In this document: one piece after another, positions 1 through 9,446 of the stretch | Numbering within the stretch: the first letter of the stretch is position 1 | Layout: each line of letters starts with the position of its first letter | From: Candidatus Woesebacteria bacterium RIFCSPHIGHO2_01_FULL_39_23 | Lineage (GTDB): Bacteria > Patescibacteriota > Microgenomatia > UBA8517 | Direction of reading: 5' to 3' | Length of the DNA stretch: 64,000 bases | NCBI GenBank assembly: GCA_001792305.1 | Contig: MGGH01000023.1 | Coordinates: forward strand, 34,347 to 98,346 | The notes under the pieces: model-generated | The model's database searches: none | What the model was told of the DNA's origin: nothing | The model's input: the letters and a program-made list of their open reading frames with translations, nothing else | Translations under genes and position numbers: made by a program

Positions 1-792
1 GTCTTTTCCGAGAAAATGATAGGTGTTTAACCAAAATTCTTTGTTGCCATTTATTTCAAGCGATGAAAGGTAGTTTAGAAGAGCTTCTACCCAAACATAA
101 ATAGTTTGATTTTTGTCCCCTGGGAACTCTATACCCCAAGCAACTTTTTCTTTAGGCCTTGAGATACTAATGTCTTCGATTTTAGTCTCTAGTCTTGAGA
201 GAATCTCTGCCCTTTTTCCTTCGGGGATAATTTTGATTTTGTTTTCCGCAATTAACTTTTTGACGGTTGGAGTATATTTGGAAAGTTTAAAAAAATAATT
301 CTCCTCCTCGATTTTCACTACCTGGTCTGGTCTGTGTAGTGGGCAATGTCCCTTTTCATTTAAGTCAGAGAGCGTAAGAAATTTTTCACAACCATTGCAA
401 TACTTTCCATAATATTTAGACTTGTAAACGTCGTTGTTATGGATCAGTTTTTGAATAAACTGTCTGGCAAAATCTTCATGTTTCGAATTAGTGGTTCTTG
501 CAAAGTAGTCGTAGCTAATGTTTGTTTGTTTAAACGCTTTTTCCCATTCAATTGCCCTTTTGTCTACATATTTTTGAAAAGTTTTTAATATATACCCTTC
601 CTTTTTTGCAGCCTGTTCAACTGTGGTTCCATGTTCGTCAAGTCCTGTCGTAAAAAACACGTTGCTCTTTCCAAGTATTAGACGGTATAACCTCGCTATC
701 ACATCAGCTGCCGTGGTGGTTATAAAATGTCCCACATGAGGTGACCCATTAGCATAATAAATTGGTGTAGTAATATAAAATTTCTTGTTCAT
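1..792 (-). CDS. metG: Methionyl-tRNA synthetase, N-terminal part (runs off window edge)
   Basis: Manual translation from ATG at 792: MNKKFYITTPIYYANGSPHVGH (HIGH-like motif), TGLDEHG, Zn-knuckle YCNGCE...CPLH; absent from the ORF track because it is truncated. Confidence 0.95.
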   Translation of the reverse strand, partial: MNKKFYITTPIYYANGSPHVGHFITTTAADVIARLYRLILGKSNVFFTTGLDEHGTTVEQAAKKEGYILKTFQKYVDKRAIEWEKAFKQTNISYDYFARTTNSKHEDFARQFIQKLIHNNDVYKSKYYGKYCNGCEKFLTLSDLNEKGHCPLHRPDQVVKIEEENYFFKLSKYTPTVKKLIAENKIKIIPEGKRAEILSRLETKIEDISISRPKEKVAWGIEFPGDKNQTIYVWVEALLNYLSSLEINGNKEFWLNTYHFLGKD

Positions 793-823
793 AAGAAACA
801 AACCCCCCAAGAGAGTTCCGCTT

Positions 824-1180
824 TTATTTCAACCTGGTGACCTTTTTTATTCTTTCTGCCCATTTATTGGCCCATTCTTCAGCCTCCATTTTTTTGATTG
901 CGAGCTTGAATCCGGGTTTATTAAGCATTTCAGAAACTACAGCAATAGTTGCGCTTGATACCTTTAAATTGGTTTTAATGTTTTCGTAATTTCTTTTTTT
1001 AGATAACCAATAACCTATTGCAAGTCTTTTGGATAGAAGTGTAAGTTCCGTATCCGTAAAAAAGTCTTTAATAAAAGTGTTTGATTCTTCTGTAGTTTTG
1101 ATATCTGTTATTACTTGAGCAAAAGTTCCCCTAATCTCATCTTCCAAAAACTTACTGAGTTTGATTTTTGCCGTGCGCAT
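824..1180 (-). CDS. TrpR/YerC/YecD-like HTH protein
   Basis: FTDTELTLLSKRLAIGYWL...YENIKTNLKVSSATIA matches the Trp-repressor-like HTH pattern. Confidence 0.8.
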   Translation of the reverse strand: MRTAKIKLSKFLEDEIRGTFAQVITDIKTTEESNTFIKDFFTDTELTLLSKRLAIGYWLSKKRNYENIKTNLKVSSATIAVVSEMLNKPGFKLAIKKMEAEEWANKWAERIKKVTRLK

Positions 1181-1213
1181 ATTTTTAGTGCTTTAAAAAT
1201 CAAGTGAAGTATA

Positions 1214-1543
1214 TCAGTAAGATTTTCTAAAGTAAAACTCAAGAGCGGTTAATATTCCGACAATTAATATCAAATTCAGCAGGTTTCCGACCCCGACCAG
1301 TCTAAGGATAAGAAAAAAAGTTACAGCAATAGATATCATTAGTCCTCTTCTGGTATTAAGAAGTATGATGGACAGGGTAAATAGCATTGCAAAGAAAAAG
1401 TTAACAATAAAAATAGGGATTGCAAGGTTGTTCTCAGGATTCACAAAGAAAAAAATGTATAAAAGTGAGATCCAGAAGACAACAGTTAATATAAAGCTTA
1501 ACCTTACTTTTTTTTCAGCAACATTTTTACGTCTTAATTTCAT
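1214..1543 (-). CDS. Small membrane protein, about 4 TM
   Basis: Hydrophobic 109 aa ORF, co-oriented with neighbours. Confidence 0.7.
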   Translation of the reverse strand: MKLRRKNVAEKKVRLSFILTVVFWISLLYIFFFVNPENNLAIPIFIVNFFFAMLFTLSIILLNTRRGLMISIAVTFFLILRLVGVGNLLNLILIVGILTALEFYFRKSY

Positions 1544-1577
1544 TTCCTTTAATTCTACTTGTTTTGCCGATATAATT

Positions 1578-1603
1578 TACAAGTGGTTTCAGAACCACTT
1601 GTA
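1578..1603. repeat. Perfect 11-bp inverted repeat in a divergent intergenic region
   Basis: TACAAGTGGTT-TCAG-AACCACTTGTA. Confidence 0.85.
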
Positions 1604-1647
1604 CAGGCACATATAAAAAAACTGTATAATTAAGTAGCCTGTAAGCA

Positions 1648-2649
1648 ATGAATGAAATTTTTCTTCTGGTATTAATCTTGGTAACATTTTTGGCAGTTGC
1701 ATTTTATATTTCTAAAAAAATTGAAAACTTGAAAGACAACAAAACTCCACCGGAACTGTTGGAAGTAATTAAAATATTGCAGCAATCTTCAGCACAGGAC
1801 AGAAGAGAACTGCTTTCGGCTCTTCAAAAAAATACCAATTCTTTGAATGAAAGACTTGACAGAGCTGCACAGGTAATAAGCGGAGTGCAAAAAAACATCG
1901 GTGAAATGAGTGAAATAGGTCGCTCAATGCGCGAACTTCAAGAATTCTTAAATAGCCCCAAGCTTCGCGGTAACGTAGGTGAACAAGTCTTGAAGGAGCT
2001 TTTAGGTCAGATGTTACCCAAACAGTCATTTCACCTTCAATATACGTTCCGCTCGGGGGAAAAAGTTGACGCTGCGATAAAAACTGCTGCTGGAATAATT
2101 CCGGTCGACAGCAAGTTTCCGATGGAAAACTTCAGAAAGTTTATGGGTGCCAAAGAGGAACAAGAAAAAAAAGATTTCCAAAAGGCATTTGAGAAGGACG
2201 TTAGAAGCCATATTGATTCAATTTCCAAAAAATATATTCTAACAGAAGAGGGTACGATTGATTATGCTTTGATGTATATCCCCAGCGAGGCGGTTTATTA
2301 TGAAGTAGTAAATGATCTATCGCTTTTTGACTACGCGAGCGAAAAACGTGTTTTGCCCGTTTCTCCAACCACATTTTACGCGTACCTTAGAGCAATACTG
2401 ATGAGCTTCGAGGGGCAAAAGATTGAGGATAAAGCAAGGGACATTTTAAGAATGATCAAGGCCATACAAAAAGATTATTCAGGAGTGGAAGACAATTTAA
2501 GTATTCTCCAGAAACACGTAAGTAATTCCTATAACTCCCTTTCAAACGTGCGTGAAGCTTTTTCTCGGCTTGGAGGTAAGATTTCTTCTGTAGCTAAACT
2601 CGATATCAAAGAAAAAAGACTACCATCAAATTCAAATGAAAAGCAATAA
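1648..2649 (+). CDS. rmuC: DNA recombination protein RmuC
   Basis: N-terminal TM, coiled coil, KLRGNVGEQVL, IPVDSKFPMENF, DYALMYIPSEAVY, VSPTTF. Confidence 0.92.
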   Translation: MNEIFLLVLILVTFLAVAFYISKKIENLKDNKTPPELLEVIKILQQSSAQDRRELLSALQKNTNSLNERLDRAAQVISGVQKNIGEMSEIGRSMRELQEFLNSPKLRGNVGEQVLKELLGQMLPKQSFHLQYTFRSGEKVDAAIKTAAGIIPVDSKFPMENFRKFMGAKEEQEKKDFQKAFEKDVRSHIDSISKKYILTEEGTIDYALMYIPSEAVYYEVVNDLSLFDYASEKRVLPVSPTTFYAYLRAILMSFEGQKIEDKARDILRMIKAIQKDYSGVEDNLSILQKHVSNSYNSLSNVREAFSRLGGKISSVAKLDIKEKRLPSNSNEKQ

Positions 2650-3307
2650 GTATCCTTCTAAATTAATTTTAGTTCCTACACTTTTGATTTTTGTAATCTC
2701 TATACTATTTTTGGCTCTTGCCGGGTTTGATTATGGTAATCTATCGAATTTTGTAACTTCTTACGGAGTTTGGGGGGCAATTGTTTATATTTTGATGGGT
2801 GCCTTAAGCATTGTTGTCGCGCCGACTTCGGTAATTCCGCTTTGGCCTGCAGTTCTTGGTGCATACGGTTTTTGGGGAGCTGTAAGCCTGACTTGGATAA
2901 GCGGGATGATAGGCGCGGCCGCAAATTATTATATTGCAAAGGTTTTTGGTAGACCGGTTGTAAAAAAACTTGTCGGAGAAAAGGCTCTGATAGAAGTCGA
3001 TAGAATTGCCAAAATTGTCGGCTGGAAAGGATTGGTTGTTGTCCGCACAATCGGCAATGCGTCATTTGACTATGCCTCGTATGCTTTTGGTCTAGCAAGG
3101 TTTAATTTCAAAAACTATTTAATTGTTACAGCAGTCACCACGCTATTTTGGGATATGGCTGTTTTTTATTTTTTAAAGAAAGCTATATCTCTGACACTTA
3201 TCCCGTCAATTGCGGTTATGGTAGGAATGTATTTTCTGGCAGTGTTTGTTGGGATAAAAGTCTGGAGGCGTTATATGAATGTTGAGAAAAAGAGCAGAAA
3301 AGAGTAA
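2636..3307 (+). CDS. DedA/TVP38 (VTT domain) membrane protein
   Basis: GAYGFWGAV...GAAANYYIAKVFGR...FDYASYAFGL pattern. Confidence 0.85.
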   Translation: MKSNKYPSKLILVPTLLIFVISILFLALAGFDYGNLSNFVTSYGVWGAIVYILMGALSIVVAPTSVIPLWPAVLGAYGFWGAVSLTWISGMIGAAANYYIAKVFGRPVVKKLVGEKALIEVDRIAKIVGWKGLVVVRTIGNASFDYASYAFGLARFNFKNYLIVTAVTTLFWDMAVFYFLKKAISLTLIPSIAVMVGMYFLAVFVGIKVWRRYMNVEKKSRKE

Positions 3308-3323
3308 AAGTTAATCTATATTT

Positions 3324-3389
3324 ATGAAATATAGAGTTTTGGGTAAAACCGGGTTCAAAGTTTCAGAAGTTGGGATGTGGACGCAGTAA
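3324..3389 (+). pseudogene. 5' remnant of an aldo/keto reductase gene (21 aa)
   Basis: MKYRVLGKTGFKVSEVGMWTQ*; resembles the typical AKR N-terminus (MxYRxLGxTGxxVSxxGxG). Confidence 0.75.
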
Positions 3390-3397
3390 TTTTTACA

Positions 3398-4774
3398 ATG
3401 ACAAAATTAGTATCTACAAACCCTGCTAAGAATTATGAAGTGATTGGTGCTGTTGATATTTCCACAAAAAGGGAGATAGAAGTAAAAGTGGCCTCCGCAC
3501 AAAAAGCCAAGTTAAAGTGGAAAGAGCTTGGAATTGTAAAAAGGACACAATTTTTAAGACCGGTTTTCAAAGAATTTATGAGGAGACAGAAAGAACTCGC
3601 ACTTCTTATTACCAGAGAAATGGGGAAGCCTATAAGAGAAAGTTTAGATGATATTGATTGGGATAGAGATTATTTCCAGTGGTTTTTGGACAATGGCGAG
3701 AAATATTTATCAGATGAGATAACTCATGAAGACGAGAAATCAGTTCACAAAACAGTATACGAACCTTTAGGTGTTGCGGCAGTAATTGTTCCTTGGAATT
3801 TTCCTTTTGACATGTTTCTTTGGGGAGTAATTCCAAACTTAATTGCCGGTAATACGGTTGTCTTTAAACACTCTGAAGAATGTCCACTAACAGGGAAATT
3901 GATTGAAGAAGTGATGAACAAAAGCGAGTTACCAAGAGGAGTTTTTTCCGAAGTTTATGGCGACGGAAAGGTGGGTGAGATTTTGGTAAACCAAGACATG
4001 GACCTGATCTGGTTTACGGGGAGTACTAAAGTAGGTAGACACATTTACGAGGTTGCCGGCAAGAAATTTATTAAGGCGATTTTGGAGATGGGCGGTTCAA
4101 ATCCGGCAATAGTTTTTGATGATGTAGACATTGATGGAATAATCGACAAAATTTACTCAAAAAGATTTTTGAACTGCGGCCAAACGTGCGACGCATTAAA
4201 AAGATTGATCGTGCACAAGTCGATTTTTGGTAAGGTAGTGGAGAAGTTGAAAAGGCAAGTTGAGTCAAAGGTGGTTGGCGATCCGGAAGATAGAAATACT
4301 GATATGGGAAGCTTGGTAGCCAAAAGGCAGTTGGAATTACTTGAGTCTCAGGTCAAAGACGCGATCCAAAAAGGAGCAAAAATTGTTACTGGTGGAGGAA
4401 GGCCAAAGAATTTAAAGGGTGCTTACTATCTACCCACTATTCTAACTAAAGTTAAAAGAGACATGAGAGTCTGGAAGGAGGAAACTTTTGGTCCGGTATT
4501 GGTTGTAGTTCCTTTTAAAACAGAGAAAGAAGCTATTAGTTTAGCTAACGACACACTTTATGGCTTGGGTGCACAGATTTATTCAAATAATAAAGCACGA
4601 GCAAGAAGAGTTGCTTCAAAAATTGACGCTGGGACAATCGATATCAATAGTGCGAACCACTGGTTGGCTTGTAATCCATTCGGCGGTTTCAAATATTCGG
4701 GAATGGGTCGTGAGCATGGTGAATATGGTTTTCGTGAACTTACTCAAGTAAAAGTTATCGCGGAGGAAAAATGA
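3398..4774 (+). CDS. NAD(P)-dependent aldehyde dehydrogenase (GabD-like)
   Basis: PWNFP, FTGST, LEMGG, NCGQTC, EETFGP, PFGGFK; likely start MTKLVSTNPA at 3398. Confidence 0.93.
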   Translation: MTKLVSTNPAKNYEVIGAVDISTKREIEVKVASAQKAKLKWKELGIVKRTQFLRPVFKEFMRRQKELALLITREMGKPIRESLDDIDWDRDYFQWFLDNGEKYLSDEITHEDEKSVHKTVYEPLGVAAVIVPWNFPFDMFLWGVIPNLIAGNTVVFKHSEECPLTGKLIEEVMNKSELPRGVFSEVYGDGKVGEILVNQDMDLIWFTGSTKVGRHIYEVAGKKFIKAILEMGGSNPAIVFDDVDIDGIIDKIYSKRFLNCGQTCDALKRLIVHKSIFGKVVEKLKRQVESKVVGDPEDRNTDMGSLVAKRQLELLESQVKDAIQKGAKIVTGGGRPKNLKGAYYLPTILTKVKRDMRVWKEETFGPVLVVVPFKTEKEAISLANDTLYGLGAQIYSNNKARARRVASKIDAGTIDINSANHWLACNPFGGFKYSGMGREHGEYGFRELTQVKVIAEEK

Positions 4775-5361
4775 ATAAGGTAAAGGTCCTGGTTGAAGGG
4801 TATGCGAAGATAAATTCTGATGGGACTTGGGATGCGACTTCGAGCACTACGTTTATTGACACTGGAAAGCTCAAAATTGTCGTTGACCCAGGATGTAGTC
4901 GTGAGCTACTTTTGAAAGCTTTGAAAAATGAAAATTTGAAAACAAGCGATATTGACTGCGTGTTTGTAACGCATTATCACCCTGACCACTGTGCTTTGAT
5001 GGGCATATTTGAAAACGCAACAATTTACGATTCTGTCCAATGGCAAAATGGGCCTCTGGGTGGGGATATTGGTGGGCTTCTGCCCGAAACCGATATTGAA
5101 GTCGTTAAGACACCAGGGCATTCGCCTGAACATGCATCACTTGTTGTCAATACCAATGAGGGAAAATATGTTGTAGCTGCGGATGTTTTCTGGTGGAAGG
5201 CGGGTGAAGAGCAGAAGGTAGATATAGAAAAGCCGGATGATTTTGCATCTGATATATCTGCGCTAAAAGAAAATCGCAGGAAAGTTTTGGAAATAGCTGA
5301 CTTTATAATTCCTGGGCACGGAAAGATGTTTAAAGTAGAAAATGAAGGGTTGGGTGAGTAA
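4771..5361 (+). CDS. Metallo-beta-lactamase-fold hydrolase (MBLAC1-like)
   Basis: THYHPDH, TPGH, IIPGHG; ATGA overlap with the ALDH gene. Confidence 0.9.
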   Translation: MNKVKVLVEGYAKINSDGTWDATSSTTFIDTGKLKIVVDPGCSRELLLKALKNENLKTSDIDCVFVTHYHPDHCALMGIFENATIYDSVQWQNGPLGGDIGGLLPETDIEVVKTPGHSPEHASLVVNTNEGKYVVAADVFWWKAGEEQKVDIEKPDDFASDISALKENRRKVLEIADFIIPGHGKMFKVENEGLGE

Positions 5362-5401
5362 AGATCTGAATCTAAGAACCCAAAAGGCAACTGTTGGCAG
5401 T

Positions 5402-5899
5402 TTAGGGGCGGGAAGCGATTTTAAGCGCATACTTCGCATAAAACTTCACGTGTTTTTTGAGATTGTACTTTGGATCATCTAAGTCTCTTTCAGTGAACCA
5501 TTTGTGGTTTGTAACAAACTTATCCTTGGAACCTCTAGGGTCAACATCTGTTGTCAAAAAAAATCGATAAGCGACATGCGTATGTTCTTCAGAAACCTGA
5601 TGAATGTCTGTGAAGGTTGGTGTAACTACAGATCTGCTTTTCATGCCTCCCATATCAGAAAAAATATTCTCTTTTGGCAAGCTATTTCTTGGATCTAACA
5701 GTTCTAATTCGCTTTTTTTGATTCCTGTTTCCTCTTCCATTTCTCTGTAAATTGTGGTTTCGGGGTCTTCGTCTTTCTCAATGTGCCCACCAGGCCCAAA
5801 CCACGAATTGTATTTCTTATTAAAAATCAGAAGAACCTTATCATTTTTAATAATGAAACAGTTAATTGTATATTCAAGAACTTTGTTTGTATGAGCCAT
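5402..5899 (-). CDS. NUDIX hydrolase
   Basis: Nudix box GGHIEKDEDPETTIYREMEEETG. Confidence 0.92.
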   Translation of the reverse strand: MAHTNKVLEYTINCFIIKNDKVLLIFNKKYNSWFGPGGHIEKDEDPETTIYREMEEETGIKKSELELLDPRNSLPKENIFSDMGGMKSRSVVTPTFTDIHQVSEEHTHVAYRFFLTTDVDPRGSKDKFVTNHKWFTERDLDDPKYNLKKHVKFYAKYALKIASRP

Positions 5900-5905
5900 G
5901 GATAA

Positions 5906-6040
5906 TTATAATCTAATATTCTTTATATTTGAAACTGCCATCCATGAGGACATTGATCCAAATCCTGATTTGTTAATACTAAATGGTTTTACTTTTTGAG
6001 GATTTTTGAGAAAGACTAGAATGCAGCATTTTTTATCCTT
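5906..6040 (-). pseudogene. Displaced 3' end of the ASCH-domain gene
   Basis: Translates KDKKCCILVFLKNPQKVKPFSINKSGFGSMSSWMAVSNIKNIRL*, homologous to the C-terminus of 8964..9395; no start codon. Confidence 0.9.
5964..6040. repeat. 77-bp exact direct repeat, copy 1 (copy 2 at 9022..9098)
   Basis: CCTGATTTGTTAATACTAAATGG...GCAGCATTTTTTATCCTT is identical at both sites. Confidence 0.95.
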
Positions 6041-6283
6041 TCGACCACTTTCTATAAGATTCCGGATAAAAAACTTTATTAAGGGCTTTTCAGTTGTATG
6101 TCGAAAATAAACTGGATATTGAGGCCTGTATATTAATTGCTTAAATGGAAAAAGAACATGTCAAAGATATTTTTTCTTACGATCTAGGATTTGATAAGCT
6201 ATCTGGTATAAACAAGATTGATCCATGATTTTTTTAACAGTTGGCAATTTATTGGTGGCAAATGATGGGCGAATCGGTTCTAA

Positions 6284-7270
6284 TTAATTAGTATTTTTGA
6301 ATAAATCGGGGTTAATTTTCCAATCAGGAGTTGCGTAGTTATCTCCCCAAACCCCTTCACTGTCAACAGAGTTGAAGTAAAAAATAGTCTTTAAAAGTGG
6401 GTATTTTTTACTGCTATTTATTGCGTCAAATAACCAATTTTTCTGGAAATCTTGGTTACCTGTTACACCAAACTCCGCTATTATCACAGATTTATCATAA
6501 TCTTTCACCATGTTGTATCTGTCAGCGAAAATATTATCGAAACTTCTAGCTTTTCCATAATTGTCTATGTCCCACTGGGGATATTCGAAAACTGATAAAC
6601 CAATAAGATCGACGTAATTCCCTCCAGGCCAATAATTGTTGGCGTTAGTATGGCCAACCGGTGACCAAACGAAATAATTTTTCGAATCTATTTGTCTGCA
6701 ACGGTTTACAAAATACCGATATGAAGCGATGTAACTTTCACTATCCTCTTTTGCCCAAGGATACCTTCCTGTCACATTTTCCATTTCGTGACCCCAGCGG
6801 ATAAATACAGGATTTAGTGAGTCTTTGAAATCTAAGCAGACAGCATCAGTAGCTTCATCGTAACTTCCTTTTAGAATATCTTCAAATAAGGTACTAGTTT
6901 GATCAACAGAGCCATCAAAAGTAAACGGCTCCACAGTTACCATAGTCCATCTGTTATTTTTACTTGCCTCATTGAAAAAATTATCTAATTCCCCTTTTTC
7001 GTATTCGTTCCATTTAATAAATTCGTGCACGATTGATATTGTATTGACGGAATCGAAATTGCCGTTCGGGTCATAAACACCGAAATTGATTTTTATGTTT
7101 TTCCAGTCTATGTTGCAGTTCCTTTTTAAAAATTCGAACGGTGAATTACAAAGAATAGATTTATAACCCCAGGTAATACCATTTATTGCGTCGGACCCCC
7201 TAGTAATAATAGCGGATATGGGGAATAAAAAAACTAATAAACTAAAAGTAATAAATAAGTATTTTTTCAT
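6284..7270 (-). CDS. Glycoside hydrolase family 26 (beta-mannanase-like), N-terminal signal/anchor
   Basis: FIRWGHEMEN (acid/base), YWPGGNYVDLIGLS, IIAEFG (nucleophile). Confidence 0.85.
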   Translation of the reverse strand: MKKYLFITFSLLVFLFPISAIITRGSDAINGITWGYKSILCNSPFEFLKRNCNIDWKNIKINFGVYDPNGNFDSVNTISIVHEFIKWNEYEKGELDNFFNEASKNNRWTMVTVEPFTFDGSVDQTSTLFEDILKGSYDEATDAVCLDFKDSLNPVFIRWGHEMENVTGRYPWAKEDSESYIASYRYFVNRCRQIDSKNYFVWSPVGHTNANNYWPGGNYVDLIGLSVFEYPQWDIDNYGKARSFDNIFADRYNMVKDYDKSVIIAEFGVTGNQDFQKNWLFDAINSSKKYPLLKTIFYFNSVDSEGVWGDNYATPDWKINPDLFKNTN

Positions 7271-8853
7271 AATCTGGATTTACGACTAAAAGATTTATTT
7301 TCATTAAAGTGATTTTTTATGATCATAAAGATAGAAATTGTGTAAGTAATAATATTTAATATTACAAAGTACAAATATCCAGAAACCATAGGAGAACCTT
7401 TTGCATATAAGGAAATATATGACAAAAAGATAATAACCAGGTAAGGTGTTAACATGCCTATTTTTAAAGGGCGATTACCAATTTCACCCTTTGAAGTTAC
7501 TTTAAAAGAAACGTCTTTTCTTGAAATACATACAATAATTCCAGAAAGAACACCAAGTAGCACCCAAGGCCATCTAATTAGTTGAAAAACAAACGTTTCC
7601 CACGAGATAAATTTTGAATTGGATGGTCTAAGCCATCCCCTATTTTTGATCCAAATTATTATGCTAAGTGTAATAATGGAAAGGATCCATGTGTAAAAAC
7701 TGAAAGCGATGTAGGTCACATTGACCCATGGCTTGTTTGTAACCAAAGCAATTATAGGTAGGCTGTACGCAAAAACTATTGTTGTAGAAAACAGAGGATA
7801 CCATAATTCAGAGAACAGAAATTGCAGTTTAAAGCGCGAAGGTAGATTTTTAAGGTATTTAGGAGTTACTGTCAGCAATATTATAATTAGACTCCTGGTC
7901 CATTGGAATTCTTGAAACATACTATCTGTAAAACTTTCTGCTCCGTCACCGTGGGCAATTGCATCTGTTGCGTGGATTCCACGCCACTTGTTCGCGTTCA
8001 TCATAAGTGTTGTTGTATGGTCTTCAGCCAATTCAGGCCCCAAACCTCCAATTTCTTTTAAAGCTTTTGTGCGCACGGCGTAGTGCGACCCGATGCAAAG
8101 AGGTGCCCAGCCGGCATTATACCCAGACTGTAGGGGTCCGTGCAGGGTGGCTTCAGCATATAGCCTTGCCCTTGCTGCCCAGCTTTTCTTTGCATTTGCG
8201 TCGCAAATGCTTGGAGCAGATACATATCCTACTGCCGGGTCTGCAAACGGTCTTAGCATCTCTTCTAAATAACCGGCTTCCGGTACGTGGTCGGCATCCA
8301 TTTGGATTACGAATTCGTAGCGGTAATAGCCGTAATTATCGTAAAAGTAGGCAAGATTGCCTTCTTTGCATTTTGTTTTTCTTGGCCACTTTGGGCGATG
8401 ATATTCTACAGCCCCCTTTCTGGTTGAAACAAAAACTCCATTTCGCTTGCACCACTGGTAGACTTCTTCTGTCGGGTCTTCGTCTGCAAGCCAGGTATCG
8501 TGTGCGTATTTCTGGGAAAGCATAGCTGAAAGCGTCTTTTTGACAACTTCAAAAGGTTCGGATGGGGCTTTTGTAACAACCATGGCTACCAATAGCCCTT
8601 TGGGTATAGGTAGTTTGGGATTGGGTTTTTTCATTTTGGCCACAAAGAAGAAAAAATATGCAGGCATCATCATATTCCAGGCAATCAAGGTGCTGTTTAA
8701 CACAAATCCCAGTCTTCCTACAACATGGCTTTCGTCCAGCCACCATATCCAAAAAACAGCTGCGAAGATAAGCCACAGTGCAAATAAAACGTTAAAGAAT
8801 ACCTTTTGTCTTTGTGTCATTATATCGACCAGATATGGGATACTAATATTCAT
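7267..8853 (-). CDS. Processive GT2 glycosyltransferase (cellulose-synthase-like)
   Basis: LADED, KEGNL, QMDADH, LAEDH, QEFQW (variant of QxxRW), multiple TMs. Confidence 0.9.
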   Translation of the reverse strand: MNISIPYLVDIMTQRQKVFFNVLFALWLIFAAVFWIWWLDESHVVGRLGFVLNSTLIAWNMMMPAYFFFFVAKMKKPNPKLPIPKGLLVAMVVTKAPSEPFEVVKKTLSAMLSQKYAHDTWLADEDPTEEVYQWCKRNGVFVSTRKGAVEYHRPKWPRKTKCKEGNLAYFYDNYGYYRYEFVIQMDADHVPEAGYLEEMLRPFADPAVGYVSAPSICDANAKKSWAARARLYAEATLHGPLQSGYNAGWAPLCIGSHYAVRTKALKEIGGLGPELAEDHTTTLMMNANKWRGIHATDAIAHGDGAESFTDSMFQEFQWTRSLIIILLTVTPKYLKNLPSRFKLQFLFSELWYPLFSTTIVFAYSLPIIALVTNKPWVNVTYIAFSFYTWILSIITLSIIIWIKNRGWLRPSNSKFISWETFVFQLIRWPWVLLGVLSGIIVCISRKDVSFKVTSKGEIGNRPLKIGMLTPYLVIIFLSYISLYAKGSPMVSGYLYFVILNIITYTISIFMIIKNHFNENKSFSRKSRL

Positions 8854-8963
8854 AGAGAAGCAAGAATTATAGAGTATTTAGGGAAACTAAGTCAATCGTG
8901 ATAAGTTGATGCTTATCGATTATACGGTGCTACGTTTAGAATATATTTAAGACTATGTTTGGA

Positions 8964-9395
8964 TCATATCTTAATTTTGTTGATGTTGTTGACTGTAAGC
9001 CACGCAGCCATTGCGCCGAAGCCTGATTTGTTAATACTAAATGGTTTTACTTTTTGAGGATTTTTGAGAAAGACTAGAATGCAGCATTTTTTATCCTTAA
9101 ATAATTTGTAGTAATAATCAATCTTATTTTTCTCAATTCCGTCTGGTCTGTGGAATTTGTTTAATAATTCTTCTACTCTTCGCGGATTTAATTTATCAAA
9201 TTGTAAAACTTTGGATACCTTCGCTTTTACAACAATAAGTTCCCCGGAGTTTTTGAAATAAACAGTGTCACTTGCCTTTACTTTGTCCCAAGGAGCAGAC
9301 TTGTTCTTAAGCCAGCGAGACTCGATATTTTTTGTACCATTGAGGATTTTGGGAATGAGGCCCCAAGATTTTTTCATTATTGCCAGATGATCCAT
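8964..9395 (-). CDS. ASCH/PUA-domain protein
   Basis: HLAIMKK...ILNGTKNIESR...DTVYF matches the ASCH GxKxxExR motif. Confidence 0.8.
   Translation of the reverse strand: MDHLAIMKKSWGLIPKILNGTKNIESRWLKNKSAPWDKVKASDTVYFKNSGELIVVKAKVSKVLQFDKLNPRRVEELLNKFHRPDGIEKNKIDYYYKLFKDKKCCILVFLKNPQKVKPFSINKSGFGAMAAWLTVNNINKIKI
9022..9098. repeat. 77-bp exact direct repeat, copy 2 (inside the ASCH gene)
   Basis: Identical to 5964..6040. Confidence 0.95.
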
Positions 9396-9446
9396 GTTTT
9401 ATGATATGTTTTTCCGAGTGAAAAATGAATTCCCCTATAAAATTAC

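Noticed and set aside
793-823. T-box or SAM riboswitch upstream of metG
   Set aside because: Only 31 nt of intergenic space and no T-box or S-box consensus.
6041-6283. Possible attC or att site at the edge of the GT2/GH26 island
   Set aside because: No convincing R/L box pairing or long hairpin found.
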